From Bacteroidales bacterium (GTDB taxonomy: Bacteria; Bacteroidota; Bacteroidia; Bacteroidales; WCHB1-69), in NCBI GenBank assembly GCA_017615595.1, contig JAFZZT010000036.1:39035-103034 (forward strand): DNA of 64,000 bases. The letters are read 5' to 3'. The position numbers and the translations under genes are program-made. The number at the start of each line of letters is the position of its first letter. Within the stretch, counting starts at the first letter, position 1. Under the pieces are notes generated by a model. It made no database searches. It was not told the DNA's origin and saw nothing but the letters and a program-made list of their open reading frames with translations. Positions 1 through 9,535 of the stretch are shown here, in pieces.

Positions 1-992
1 TATGGGCCGTGCGCACCAGCTTCGGCTACAAGGGCTTCCGTTTCGATGGTGAGTTTGCCCAGAAGATGCAGGACCCCACCGTTACCAACGACTTCATCTA
101 CCGCAAGGGCAACGCCCTGTTCCTGTCGGCTACCTACTCCATGAAGGGCCTCGGTATTGCTGCCTCCTTCATCCGCGCCGACAACATGGACTACCGCTCC
201 CAACGCATGATGAAGACCAACTCGCTGCTTTTCATCAACAACATACCGGCTATCAACCGCCAATACTCCTACCAGCTGCTGGCTGACTACAGCTTCGCCT
301 CCCAGCCCAACGGACAAATCGGCGTACAGTTGCAAGTCAACTATCAGATCCCCAAGAAGAGCAAGATCGGAGGCAAGTACGGCACCGACCTCACCTTCAA
401 CTTCTCCCGTTTCCACAATATCGACCGCCAGTGGACGCCCGAAGCCATAGCGCTGGGCACCCTCAGCGGCACCGACGGCTACACCTCCAACCTCTTCAAG
501 TTCGGTCCCGACCTGATGTACCAAGATATCGGCTTCGAGTTCCATCGTCGTCTGACCAAGAAATGGGAGCTGACCTTAGCCTACAACTACATCACCTACA
601 ACTTGGAGCTGTTGCAAGGCCATGAGGGCATCATGCGCGGTCATCTGGTGGCTGCCGACCTGCTGTGGAAAGTGGCTCCGAAGCACGCATTGCGTCTGGA
701 ACTCCAGCATCTCTACACCAAGGATGACGAAGGCAGTTCCATCTATGGTATGTTGGAGTACTCCATCAGTCCGCACTGGTTCTTCTCCGTGGGTGACGAG
801 TGGAACTACGGCAATCCTGACAAAGCCCATAAACTGCATTATTACAACATCGCGGCTGCCTACGTCTGGCGCACCACACGCATCGCGCTCAACTTCGGCA
901 AGACCAAAGAGGGCATCCTCTGCATCGGCGGTGTATGCCGCGCCGTGCCCGCCTCCTACGGCATGGGATTGTCCGTCACCACATCATTTTAA
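1..992 (+). CDS. outer-membrane beta-barrel protein, C-terminal fragment (gene starts left of window; DUF6029-like is a guess)
   Basis: The frame is open from the window edge; the listed start at 9 is an in-frame GTG. It shows an alternating beta-strand pattern and an aromatic C-terminal end (...SVTTSF) typical of OM barrels. Confidence 0.55.
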   Translation, partial: WAVRTSFGYKGFRFDGEFAQKMQDPTVTNDFIYRKGNALFLSATYSMKGLGIAASFIRADNMDYRSQRMMKTNSLLFINNIPAINRQYSYQLLADYSFASQPNGQIGVQLQVNYQIPKKSKIGGKYGTDLTFNFSRFHNIDRQWTPEAIALGTLSGTDGYTSNLFKFGPDLMYQDIGFEFHRRLTKKWELTLAYNYITYNLELLQGHEGIMRGHLVAADLLWKVAPKHALRLELQHLYTKDDEGSSIYGMLEYSISPHWFFSVGDEWNYGNPDKAHKLHYYNIAAAYVWRTTRIALNFGKTKEGILCIGGVCRAVPASYGMGLSVTTSF

Positions 993-1013
993 CCATCTTT
1001 AGTAGAATAAGTT

Positions 1014-1871
1014 ATGAAAAAGATACCCTATATCATCATCGCTTTTTTTGCCCTGTTCCTCATCTACTCCTGCGACCGCGTGGAGGGACCCTATATCGTG
1101 TTGGATGATGAAGAGACCATCACGGTAGATTTCCCGGATTTGGACCCTGCCTCCGTATATCGCAAGGTCCTGATCGAGGAATACACGGGCCACCGTTGTC
1201 CCAACTGTCCGGCTGGACACGACAAGTTAGAGGAGTTGATCACCCGTTTCGGCGACACGCTCATCCCGGTCTGCATCCATGCCACCTCGCTGGCGCAACC
1301 TACTACAGAGTTCCCCGACAACCTCATGAGTGCTGTGGGCACCGAGCTGGCCACCGACTGGCAGATTGACGGCATCCCCGCTGGCGTCATTAACCGCGCC
1401 AACGAGCCCATGGGCAGCATCCCTGCCCGCTGGCTCTCCAAAGTCAATGCGGTGGACCGCAGCCATGCCCCCGCCGCCATCCAGCTCATCAACCAATACG
1501 ACGATGGTCTTTTGAAAGTCAACGCCAAGATCACCCTGCTGGAGCCTTGCAACTCCCCGCTCAAACTGTCTCTATTCATTGTAGAAAACGGCATCGTCAG
1601 CCCTCAGATCAACGGCACCGAGACGATAGAGGACTACGTTCACAACCATGTGCTCCGCGGCTCCCTCAACGGCACTTACGGCCAGCTGCTCAACGGCACC
1701 GGCGAGTTGACTGCGGGCGAGAGTTACCTCTATGCCAAGTCCTTCAGCTTTGCCGGCACCAACTGGAAGCCGGAGCACTGCACGGTCGTGGCCATCCTCT
1801 ACGACAAGAACAACTACAATGTCTTGCAGGTAGAGCAACTTCCTGTCACCAATAGCTTTCAACCTTTTTAA
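1014..1871 (+). CDS. Omp28-related / thioredoxin-fold lipoprotein
   Basis: Signal peptide plus lipobox (LIYSC). The EEYTGHRCPNCPAGH motif resembles the CxxC segment of Omp28-related Bacteroidota proteins. Confidence 0.55.
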   Translation: MKKIPYIIIAFFALFLIYSCDRVEGPYIVLDDEETITVDFPDLDPASVYRKVLIEEYTGHRCPNCPAGHDKLEELITRFGDTLIPVCIHATSLAQPTTEFPDNLMSAVGTELATDWQIDGIPAGVINRANEPMGSIPARWLSKVNAVDRSHAPAAIQLINQYDDGLLKVNAKITLLEPCNSPLKLSLFIVENGIVSPQINGTETIEDYVHNHVLRGSLNGTYGQLLNGTGELTAGESYLYAKSFSFAGTNWKPEHCTVVAILYDKNNYNVLQVEQLPVTNSFQPF

Positions 1872-1883
1872 AAAGACAATCTA

Positions 1884-2798
1884 ATGAAGATCATAGCTGT
1901 AGAACCTATCGGCATCAGCGAAGAGCGTGCCGCCAACATTGCTTACGACTTGGCCAGCAAAGGCCACGAGTTCATCTGCTACCGCGACCGCCGCGAGGAT
2001 GCCGCCACCCTCATTGAGCGAATGAAAGATGCCGAAGAGGTGATCGTTTCCAACATCAAAATCGGCAGCGACATCTTATCACAATGTCCCAAACTGAAGA
2101 AACTCAACGTTGCCTTCACGGGGCTGGACCATATCGACCTGGCCTATTGTCGTGAGCACGGCATCGAGGTCGTGAATGCCTCGGGCTATGCCACGGAAGG
2201 GGTCGCCGAGTTGGCCATCGGGCTAATGCTGGATGTTTATCGGCGCATCACGGCGTTAGACGCTGACACGCGCGAGGGTGGCACGCGCAACAACTTCTTA
2301 GGTCGCGAGCTGCGTGGCAAGCGCGTGGGCATCGTGGGCACGGGCGCCATCGGACAGCGCACGGCACAGCTGCTCATGGCTTTCGGCTGCGAGGTCGTAG
2401 CCTGGAGCCGCACCAAATACGACGAGGTGGCAGCGCAAGGCGTTGTCTATCTTCCCTTGGAGGAGCTGATGAAGACCTGCGACATCATCACCCTGCATGT
2501 GCCGCTGATGGCCGAGACGCATCATCTCATCAGTCGCGAGCTGCTGCAGATGTGCAAGCCCACGGCGATTATCATCAACACCGCCCGTGGCAACGTGGTG
2601 GACATGGACGCCTTGGCGGAGATGCTGAAGGCGGGCTTGCTTGGAGGCGCCGGCATCGACGTATATGAGAAGGAGCCACCCTTGGCCGAAGACCATCCCC
2701 TCTTCAGCGCCCCCAACTGCGTGCTCGTGCCTCATGTGGGCTATGCCACCCGCGAGGCCTTTGACGACCGTATCGACATCGTTCTCAGCCATATCTAA
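1884..2798 (+). CDS. D-isomer-specific 2-hydroxyacid dehydrogenase family (NAD-binding)
   Basis: Rossmann motif GIVGTGAIGQRTAQ, catalytic-region NTARG...VD, and a C-terminal PHVGYAT segment typical of the family. Confidence 0.85.
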   Translation: MKIIAVEPIGISEERAANIAYDLASKGHEFICYRDRREDAATLIERMKDAEEVIVSNIKIGSDILSQCPKLKKLNVAFTGLDHIDLAYCREHGIEVVNASGYATEGVAELAIGLMLDVYRRITALDADTREGGTRNNFLGRELRGKRVGIVGTGAIGQRTAQLLMAFGCEVVAWSRTKYDEVAAQGVVYLPLEELMKTCDIITLHVPLMAETHHLISRELLQMCKPTAIIINTARGNVVDMDALAEMLKAGLLGGAGIDVYEKEPPLAEDHPLFSAPNCVLVPHVGYATREAFDDRIDIVLSHI

Positions 2799-2813
2799 AA
2801 ACGAATCATCCCC

Positions 2814-4163
2814 ATGTTCCGCCGCATCATCAACTTCTGCGTCCGTCTTGTGCAGCGATACCTGCCCGAGCCTTTCATCTTCGCCATCCTGCTGACCTTC
2901 ATCGCCGCCTTGTTGGCGATGCCCATCTGCCACCAGACCCCCTTGGAGGTGGTGGAGCACTGGGGCAACGGCGTCTGGGGGCTCTTAGCCTTCGCCATGC
3001 AGATGGCCTTGGTGTTGGTATGCGGTTCCGCGCTGGCCTCCGCGCCTGTTGTCAAGCGGGGCATCAGCGCCATGGCCTCCTTGCCAAAGTCGCCCACTGC
3101 CGCCATCGCGTTGGTGACGGCGGTCTCGGCCCTCGCCTGCTGGCTCAACTGGGGCTTCGGGCTCATCATCGGCGCCCTCTTCGCCAAGGAGATCGCGCGC
3201 AAGCTGCAAGGTGTGGACTACCGATTGCTCATCGCCTCTGCCTACAGCGGCTTTGTGGTGTGGCACGCCGGACTGTCGGGCTCCATCCCGTTGACCATGG
3301 CCACGCCCGGAGAGGCACTCTCCAGAGCCACCAACGGCATCCTCACCGAGCCGGTGCCCGTGTCGCATACCATCCTGGACTACCGCAACATCCTCATCGT
3401 CCTGATCGTCACCATCGCCATTGTCGTGGTCAACACGCTGATGCACCCCAAGAAGGAGGTCTTCACCATCGACCCGGACCTCTTGACGGAGGAGCCGCCC
3501 GCCGAAGCGGTGGAGATCGCCACCCCCGCGGAACGTCTGGAGTACAGCCGCGGACTGAGCATCCTGCTGGCCTGCTTGGGCTTGGGATATGTCGTGCTGA
3601 AGCTCTTCTTTTTGCACGGCAGCTTTGATTTGGGAACCGTCATCATGCTGTTCCTCTTCACCGGCGTGTTGCTGCACGGCACGCCCATCGCGTATGTCAG
3701 GGCCTTCAACAAGGCGGCGACGGGAGCGGCGGGCATCCTGCTGCAGTTCCCCTTCTACGCCGGCATCATGGGCATCATCACTGGCGTGGGCCATTCTGGC
3801 ATCTGCTTCGGAACGGTCATCAGCAACGCCTGCATCTCCATCAGCACGCCGGTCACCTATCCGCTCTTCACCTTCTTGTGCGCGGCGGTGCTCAACATGT
3901 TCGTGCCCTCGGGCGGCGGCCACTGGGCCATCCAGGCCCCCATCATGTTTGCCGCCGGCGCCGACCTGGGCGTGGACCCCGGCCTGACGGGCATCTCCAT
4001 TGCGTGGGGCGACGCTTGGACCAACCTTATCCAACCCTTCTGGGCCATCCCCGCCTTGGCCATCGCCAAGCTTAACGCCAAAGACATCATGGGGTTCTGC
4101 CTCATCGACCTGCTCGTCACCGGCCTCATCATCGGCGGCGGACTGCTGCTATGGGCGCTGTAA
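2814..4163 (+). CDS. atoE: short-chain fatty acid transporter (AtoE family)
   Basis: Near full-length resemblance to E. coli AtoE, for example RYLPEPFIFAILLT, HWGNGVWGLLAFAMQMALVLV, QFPFYAGI, VPSGGGHW and QPFWAIPALAIA. Confidence 0.85.
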   Translation: MFRRIINFCVRLVQRYLPEPFIFAILLTFIAALLAMPICHQTPLEVVEHWGNGVWGLLAFAMQMALVLVCGSALASAPVVKRGISAMASLPKSPTAAIALVTAVSALACWLNWGFGLIIGALFAKEIARKLQGVDYRLLIASAYSGFVVWHAGLSGSIPLTMATPGEALSRATNGILTEPVPVSHTILDYRNILIVLIVTIAIVVVNTLMHPKKEVFTIDPDLLTEEPPAEAVEIATPAERLEYSRGLSILLACLGLGYVVLKLFFLHGSFDLGTVIMLFLFTGVLLHGTPIAYVRAFNKAATGAAGILLQFPFYAGIMGIITGVGHSGICFGTVISNACISISTPVTYPLFTFLCAAVLNMFVPSGGGHWAIQAPIMFAAGADLGVDPGLTGISIAWGDAWTNLIQPFWAIPALAIAKLNAKDIMGFCLIDLLVTGLIIGGGLLLWAL

Positions 4164-4253
4164 AGACTTAACAAGCGGATTTGCTCGGGGCTAACGCCCC
4201 TCGCGTTGCAAAAATGTTTATCTTTGTTGCGACTTACTATCGCAAAATATTGC

Positions 4254-4261
4254 TATTTTTG
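4254..4261 (+). promoter_or_regulatory. Bacteroidota -7 promoter box (TATTTTTG) upstream of lpdA
   Basis: Matches the TAnnTTTG consensus about 52 nt upstream of the ATG. A second match, TATCTTTG, lies at 4219-4226. Confidence 0.45.
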
Positions 4262-4312
4262 CACCGCATATTTTGGATGCAAGATTTTTAATGTTACACC
4301 TTATAAAAGATA

Positions 4313-5716
4313 TTGAATATGGAAAACTATGATGTGATCGTCATCGGGAGTGGTCCCGGAGGTTATGTGGCTGCTATCAGAGCGGCGCAACTGGAGATGA
4401 AAGTGGCCGTGGTGGAGCGCGCCGAAGTGGGCGGCATCTGCCTCAACTGGGGCTGCATCCCCACCAAAGCGTTGCTCAAGTCTGCGCAAGTGTACCGTTA
4501 CATGTCGCATGCTGCCGACTACGGTCTGGCGGTAGAGGGCGACGTCAAGCCCGATTTCGAGGCCGTGGTGAAGCGCAGCCGCACGGTGGCCGAGACCATG
4601 AGCAAGGGTGTTCAATATCTGCTGAAGAAGAACAACGTGACCGTCATCGCGGGCACCGGTAAGCTGCAAAGCAGTCACGAGGTTGCCGTCACCGATGCGG
4701 AAGGCACCGTGACCGTTTATGAGGCCAAGCACATCATCCTGGCCACGGGCGCGCGCTCCCGCAGTCTGCCCAACGTGCCGCAAGACGGCGTACACGTCAT
4801 CGGCTACCGCGAGGCGTTGACCCTGCCCAAACTGCCCGAGACGATGGTCGTGATGGGCTCCGGCGCCATCGGCAGCGAGCTGGCCTACTTCTACGCCACC
4901 ATGGGCACCAAGGTCACCATCGTGGAATACATGCCGCGCCTGGTGCCGGTGGAGGATGACGACATCGCCGCCACCCTGGCCCGCTGCTTCCGCAAGGCCG
5001 GCATCAAGACCATGACCTCCGCCTCCGTGGAGCAGGTCGTGGTGGAAGACGGTATCTGCAAGGTGACCGTCAAGGACGCCAAAGAGAAAATCACGGAGCT
5101 GACCTGCGACATCGTCCTCTCCGCAGTCGGCGTGCAGACCAACCTGGAAGGCCTCGGCCTCGAAGAGTGCGGCGTGGCCGTTGAGCGCGGCAAGGTCATC
5201 GTGGACGACTACTACCGCACCAACGTAGAGGGTGTCTATGCCATCGGCGACATTGTACACGGACCCGCCCTCGCGCACGTGGCCTCCCACGAAGCGCTGG
5301 TGTGCGTGGAGAAGATCGCCGGCAAAGAGCCCGTGCCCGTTGACTACGGCAACATCCCCGGCTGCACCTACACCACCCCGGAGATCGCCTCTGTCGGTAT
5401 GACTGAGCGCGCCTGCACCGAGCAGGGCCGCGAGGTGCTCATCGGCAAGTTCCCCTTCACCGCCTCCGGCAAGGCTACCGCCTCCGGCAGCAGAGACGGC
5501 CTCGTGAAGGTCATCTTCGACAAAGAGACGGGCGAGTGGCTCGGCTGCCACCTCATCGGCGACAACGTGACCGAGATGATCGCCGGCGCCGTCATGGCCC
5601 GCCAGAACAAGATGAAGGGCGAAGACATCATCCACGCCGTCTTCCCGCACCCCACCCTCTCCGAGGCTATCATGGAAGCCGCCGCAGACGCCTACAAAGA
5701 GTGTGTCCATCTCTAA
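4313..5716 (+). CDS. lpdA: dihydrolipoyl dehydrogenase
   Basis: FAD motif VIVIGSGPGGY, redox-active disulfide GGICLNWGCIPTK, NAD motif VMGSGAIGSE, and a C-terminal HPTLSE dimerisation motif. Confidence 0.92.
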   Translation: MNMENYDVIVIGSGPGGYVAAIRAAQLEMKVAVVERAEVGGICLNWGCIPTKALLKSAQVYRYMSHAADYGLAVEGDVKPDFEAVVKRSRTVAETMSKGVQYLLKKNNVTVIAGTGKLQSSHEVAVTDAEGTVTVYEAKHIILATGARSRSLPNVPQDGVHVIGYREALTLPKLPETMVVMGSGAIGSELAYFYATMGTKVTIVEYMPRLVPVEDDDIAATLARCFRKAGIKTMTSASVEQVVVEDGICKVTVKDAKEKITELTCDIVLSAVGVQTNLEGLGLEECGVAVERGKVIVDDYYRTNVEGVYAIGDIVHGPALAHVASHEALVCVEKIAGKEPVPVDYGNIPGCTYTTPEIASVGMTERACTEQGREVLIGKFPFTASGKATASGSRDGLVKVIFDKETGEWLGCHLIGDNVTEMIAGAVMARQNKMKGEDIIHAVFPHPTLSEAIMEAAADAYKECVHL

Positions 5717-5725
5717 TCAAATACC

Positions 5726-6661
5726 GTGAAACGCACTCTCTATATCACCATCATCCTCTTTGTCCTCGCCATGCTGTCACCCAGTCTGCTGCGAGGACAA
5801 GAGATTATCACCTCAGAACCTGTACGCTACCACGACACGACCTGGTACGACAAGGGTTTTGACCTGTACATTGGCGGCGGCGCCTTCTTCGCCAACAAGC
5901 AGAACGCCCTTTACTACAACGGCAGCAGCCTGAATGAATGCAACTTAGACTACATCTTCAGCAATCAATATTGGTATGAGGAAATTCAACGAGAGGTCAG
6001 CAACCAATACAATAGTGTGAGCATCACAGACGAAATCTCCTACCGAGAGGAAGACCTGGACTGGAACGTGCGTTACAAAATCAAGACGATGCTCCATCTC
6101 GGCGCACGCTACAAGTTCGGCCACAACTGGGGACTCTCCCTCTCCTACTCCTTCTGCCGGCTCACCACCTCCAGCCGTTTTCTCTTGGATTACACTTCTG
6201 TCTCAGGCAACTTGGTGGATGCACCTGTCATGGAGATACACGGCAAGGAGGACCGCTCCATGATCGACCTGTCGGCCAGCTATCTCATCAGCCAACTGAA
6301 TCCCATCGCCAAGCCCTTCGTGGAAGTCGGCGCCCAGTTCAACTTCTGCAAAGCCAAGATTCTAGAGGCAGCCATCGGGGACCGCACCTGGACCATGCTG
6401 GATCCATACAATGGCGAGCACTATGTGCCTGGAGCGCAGATGACAACCTACGATGTGGTCTATGGCGGCGCAGGCTACGGAATCTCGTTTGCGGCAGGCC
6501 TGAAGATCGTGGTGAACAAGTCGGTGTCCATCGACCCCACCTTCTATGGCTGCATGGCCTCCTACGGCATCAAGCCTTTGCAGGAGAGAGCCTTCAACTT
6601 CAACTACGGCGTGGTCGTCCGATTGGTCGTCAACGACTTCTTCCTAGGAAGAAATCGCTAA
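5726..6661 (+). CDS. hypothetical secreted / outer-membrane beta-barrel-like protein
   Basis: GTG start with an N-terminal signal-like segment (ITIILFVLAMLSPSLL) and Gly/aromatic-rich strand pattern. No recognised family. Its stop overlaps the stop of the convergent ADH gene. Confidence 0.5.
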   Translation: MKRTLYITIILFVLAMLSPSLLRGQEIITSEPVRYHDTTWYDKGFDLYIGGGAFFANKQNALYYNGSSLNECNLDYIFSNQYWYEEIQREVSNQYNSVSITDEISYREEDLDWNVRYKIKTMLHLGARYKFGHNWGLSLSYSFCRLTTSSRFLLDYTSVSGNLVDAPVMEIHGKEDRSMIDLSASYLISQLNPIAKPFVEVGAQFNFCKAKILEAAIGDRTWTMLDPYNGEHYVPGAQMTTYDVVYGGAGYGISFAAGLKIVVNKSVSIDPTFYGCMASYGIKPLQERAFNFNYGVVVRLVVNDFFLGRNR

Positions 6662-7824
6662 AAACAAGCTTTCAGAATATCCAGTACCTCTTCCGTGGTG
6701 ACGACATGATAGCCGCCGCCTTTGATGGTGCTTTCCGCTATCAGCGGCAGCATCTCTTCGGTGGCACCCACCTCGCGCAAGGTCTGCGGGATGCCCAACT
6801 CCCGGATGAAATCGCTCAGCCGGTCAATGCCCTCCAAGGCGACCTGCTCATCGGTCTTACCCTCAGGATTGACATGCCAGATGTTCTTGGCATAGCGCAC
6901 GAAGCGATGGAGACCATACTTGTATATGGCGCGGTAATAAGGCACCGAGATGATGGCCAGGCCGATGCCATGGGCACAGTCGGTGTAGGCACCCAGCTGA
7001 TGCTCGATCATGTGCACCTCCCAGTCCTGCTCTTTGGAGACAGCCAAGATCTTGTTGAGTCCCATAGTGGCGCACCACATGATATTGCTACGCGCCTCAT
7101 AGTCGCGGGGATCCTTCATGGCTGCCCGGGCAGCGCTGATCAACGCCAGCATGTCGCCCTCGAGCAGGTAGTCGCTCACACAATCGTCATCGCCACCGAA
7201 ATACTGCTCCATCAGATGGGAAAAGATGTCGAAGATGCCGCTGACCATCTGGTATTGGGGCACCGTATAGGTCAACTCGGGATTCAAGATGGAGAACTTG
7301 GGCGCCATCGTCTCCAGCGGGAAGACGCGTCCGAGTTTCAGCTTTTTATCATCGTTGGTGATGACGGAACCGCCGTTCATCTCGGAGGCCGTGCCCGTCA
7401 TAGTCAAGATCGTGCCGATAGGGACAACAGGATTGGCAAGCGGCGCTTGCTTTTCCCAGTAGAGCTCCCAGGGTTCCTGCGTGCAATAGGCGGATGCGGA
7501 GATGGCCTTGGCGCAGTCAATGACGGAGCCGCCACCCACCGCCAGGATGAGTTCCACCTTGTGTTCACGCACCAGCCGGGCACCCTGCAGCACTTGCGCG
7601 TAGGTGGGGTTGGACTTGATGCCGGAGTGCTCAACCACCTTCTTGCCCGCCGCTTGCAGCATCGCCATCACCGTATCGTAGAGGCCGGTGGCCTTGATGG
7701 AGTTTCTACCGTATAGCAACATCACATTCTGTCCGTAAAGGGACAATTCCTCAGGAAGATGTTGCAAGGCACTTTTGCCGAAATGAATCCGCGTGGGATT
7801 TTGAAATGTAAAATCTATGTTCAT
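6658..7824 (-). CDS. iron-containing alcohol dehydrogenase (butanol dehydrogenase / YqhD-like)
   Basis: GGGSVIDCAK motif, metal-binding His residues (HxxxH region IEHQLGAYTDCAHG), and typical length of 388 aa. Confidence 0.85.
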   Translation of the reverse strand: MNIDFTFQNPTRIHFGKSALQHLPEELSLYGQNVMLLYGRNSIKATGLYDTVMAMLQAAGKKVVEHSGIKSNPTYAQVLQGARLVREHKVELILAVGGGSVIDCAKAISASAYCTQEPWELYWEKQAPLANPVVPIGTILTMTGTASEMNGGSVITNDDKKLKLGRVFPLETMAPKFSILNPELTYTVPQYQMVSGIFDIFSHLMEQYFGGDDDCVSDYLLEGDMLALISAARAAMKDPRDYEARSNIMWCATMGLNKILAVSKEQDWEVHMIEHQLGAYTDCAHGIGLAIISVPYYRAIYKYGLHRFVRYAKNIWHVNPEGKTDEQVALEGIDRLSDFIRELGIPQTLREVGATEEMLPLIAESTIKGGGYHVVTTEEVLDILKACF

Positions 7825-9527
7825 ATATGACGGGGTTTTGATATTTTCTTTTGCAGATTAAACGGGGTGCCGTTTTTCAGCTTGCCGGAGGCATAGATGA
7901 CATGGCGCGGCGCATCCTGTCGCCACATCACTGTTATCTCATCCTCATTTCGTTCCAAGATAAAACCACCCACCACTTTCCACTGTATTTCTTCCACATC
8001 TTTCTGGTTCACAGCATATCGCAACGGCTTCTTGGACACCTGCTTGATGGGCGCCACCCGTTGAAGCTCTTTCAGAAAGAAAGCCTGTATCTTATTCTGA
8101 ATGAAAAAGTAAAGGTCGTTAACATGGCCGTTGGCATCCTCGTAGGGAGCGTGTTTTTTGCCCTGAAGAGGATAAAACTCATTGCGTACCAACAAGGAGT
8201 CCAATCGTTCGTGAATGGATTTGGAGCCATACATGGTGTCAAAGAGCCGCTCGCCGATTTTGCCTTTTACATCGGAGAAAGGAATGCCATAGTCGAAGGG
8301 CACCACATTGTCCTGATCGCCATGGAAAGAGATGATGGGCACGGGACGGCTGCTGATCTCATCAAGATCATAGAGAGCGCCCCACATGTTGGCAATCGCC
8401 TTGATCTTAAAAGGCTGGCGGATGTCGTTTCCAGAAGTCTTCAACGAGCCTAACTTTTTCTTAAAGTTTCTCTCCCGCACGAAATCAGGACAGTTGGAGT
8501 CTGTCATGAAGGCCATGGAGAGCATGATGATAGAGCCTGCGCTCGTGCCTCCCACAAAGACATTATTCGTATCAATGCCATATTGCTGGGCGTTGTGAAT
8601 CAAGAAGCGCATCACCGCATTGGCATCTTGGATGGCCTCATAGCCACACCGCTGGATAGCCGCCTTGGTGGGCAGAAAGCCCATCCGATAGTTGGCGGAG
8701 GCAACCACATAGCCCATCTTGGCGAAGTGCTCGCACCAGACACGAGACGTCTCCGCCCCTTTATCCCCAAAATAAAAAGCACCCCCATGCAACAACACGA
8801 AAAGCGGATGCTCTTGGAAGGTGTCCTTCGGCATATAGATATCCACCTTCAAGTCCAACTCCTTCGGCGTGATGGTCTTTCCCAAATTGGACAACAGCAT
8901 TTTAAGATACTTCGAATCTTTAATGATATAAGAGGTCCAAAATCCCTTGGCATGTCCGTACTTGACGTCCTTCTCGACCTCTATCTCATACGTTTCACTA
9001 TTGTAACGATTGCTTTTATAGGCATGGAAAGAAGGTTCCTTGTATCTTTGGAACACAAGATGCCCTTTGTTTTTCGTGATGAGCTCCGACTTATCCGAAA
9101 AAGAGCCCGAAATCGACCGGGCATCCACCACGATGTCTATGTCCAGCATGGTTCGGACTCCTTTCGAGATAAAATAGAGATCCCCTCCCTCCAGTTTCAA
9201 GGAGAAAGGCACTGGAACGAGCCATTGGGATGCCGAGTCCACGGGATAATAGTTACCCGACACGCCCTGCTCTGTGAGACGGTTGATCTTGTAATAATAG
9301 GCGTTGTTGTTCACATACCCGAAATAGTAATGGGCCGTGTCCAAACAGGAAAAGTCGATATGCTTTTCTGTTAGATGGACCGCATCCGAGGCATGGGTGA
9401 CTTCCGCCTGTTTCTCCTTGGCCTTATCTGCAGGATGCGAGGCGCAGGTGCCCACCATTATGACGAGCGACACCATTTCCACGCATAAAAGCGCTTTGCA
9501 GATTAACCGGGAGAGCTTTTTCATCAA
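7821..9527 (-). CDS. alpha/beta-hydrolase (esterase/lipase-type) lipoprotein with N-terminal extra domain
   Basis: Oxyanion HGGAFYFGD, nucleophile elbow GGTSAGS, and late HGDQDNVVP. Signal peptide with a Cys lipobox (VGTCAS). ATGA overlap with the downstream ADH gene. Confidence 0.7.
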   Translation of the reverse strand: MMKKLSRLICKALLCVEMVSLVIMVGTCASHPADKAKEKQAEVTHASDAVHLTEKHIDFSCLDTAHYYFGYVNNNAYYYKINRLTEQGVSGNYYPVDSASQWLVPVPFSLKLEGGDLYFISKGVRTMLDIDIVVDARSISGSFSDKSELITKNKGHLVFQRYKEPSFHAYKSNRYNSETYEIEVEKDVKYGHAKGFWTSYIIKDSKYLKMLLSNLGKTITPKELDLKVDIYMPKDTFQEHPLFVLLHGGAFYFGDKGAETSRVWCEHFAKMGYVVASANYRMGFLPTKAAIQRCGYEAIQDANAVMRFLIHNAQQYGIDTNNVFVGGTSAGSIIMLSMAFMTDSNCPDFVRERNFKKKLGSLKTSGNDIRQPFKIKAIANMWGALYDLDEISSRPVPIISFHGDQDNVVPFDYGIPFSDVKGKIGERLFDTMYGSKSIHERLDSLLVRNEFYPLQGKKHAPYEDANGHVNDLYFFIQNKIQAFFLKELQRVAPIKQVSKKPLRYAVNQKDVEEIQWKVVGGFILERNEDEITVMWRQDAPRHVIYASGKLKNGTPFNLQKKISKPRHI

Positions 9528-9535
9528 GAGTCATT

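Noticed and set aside
4301-5710. Long antisense ORFs opposite lpdA. Similar ones lie at 2985-4034, 6706-7716, 14985-16190, 20130-21308, 25521-27140, 35687-36595, 42116-43141, 43337-44617, 46270-48252 and 50532-51908.
   Set aside because: All overlap well-supported genes on the other strand. All have Gly/Asp/His/Val/Arg-rich compositions typical of antisense high-GC3 frames, and none has a signal, motif or independent promoter box.
6658-6661. Convergent genes (5726-6661 plus strand, 6658-7824 minus strand) whose stop codons overlap (cTAa / TAG).
   Set aside because: This is real but trivial compact-genome packing, with no structure or repeat associated.
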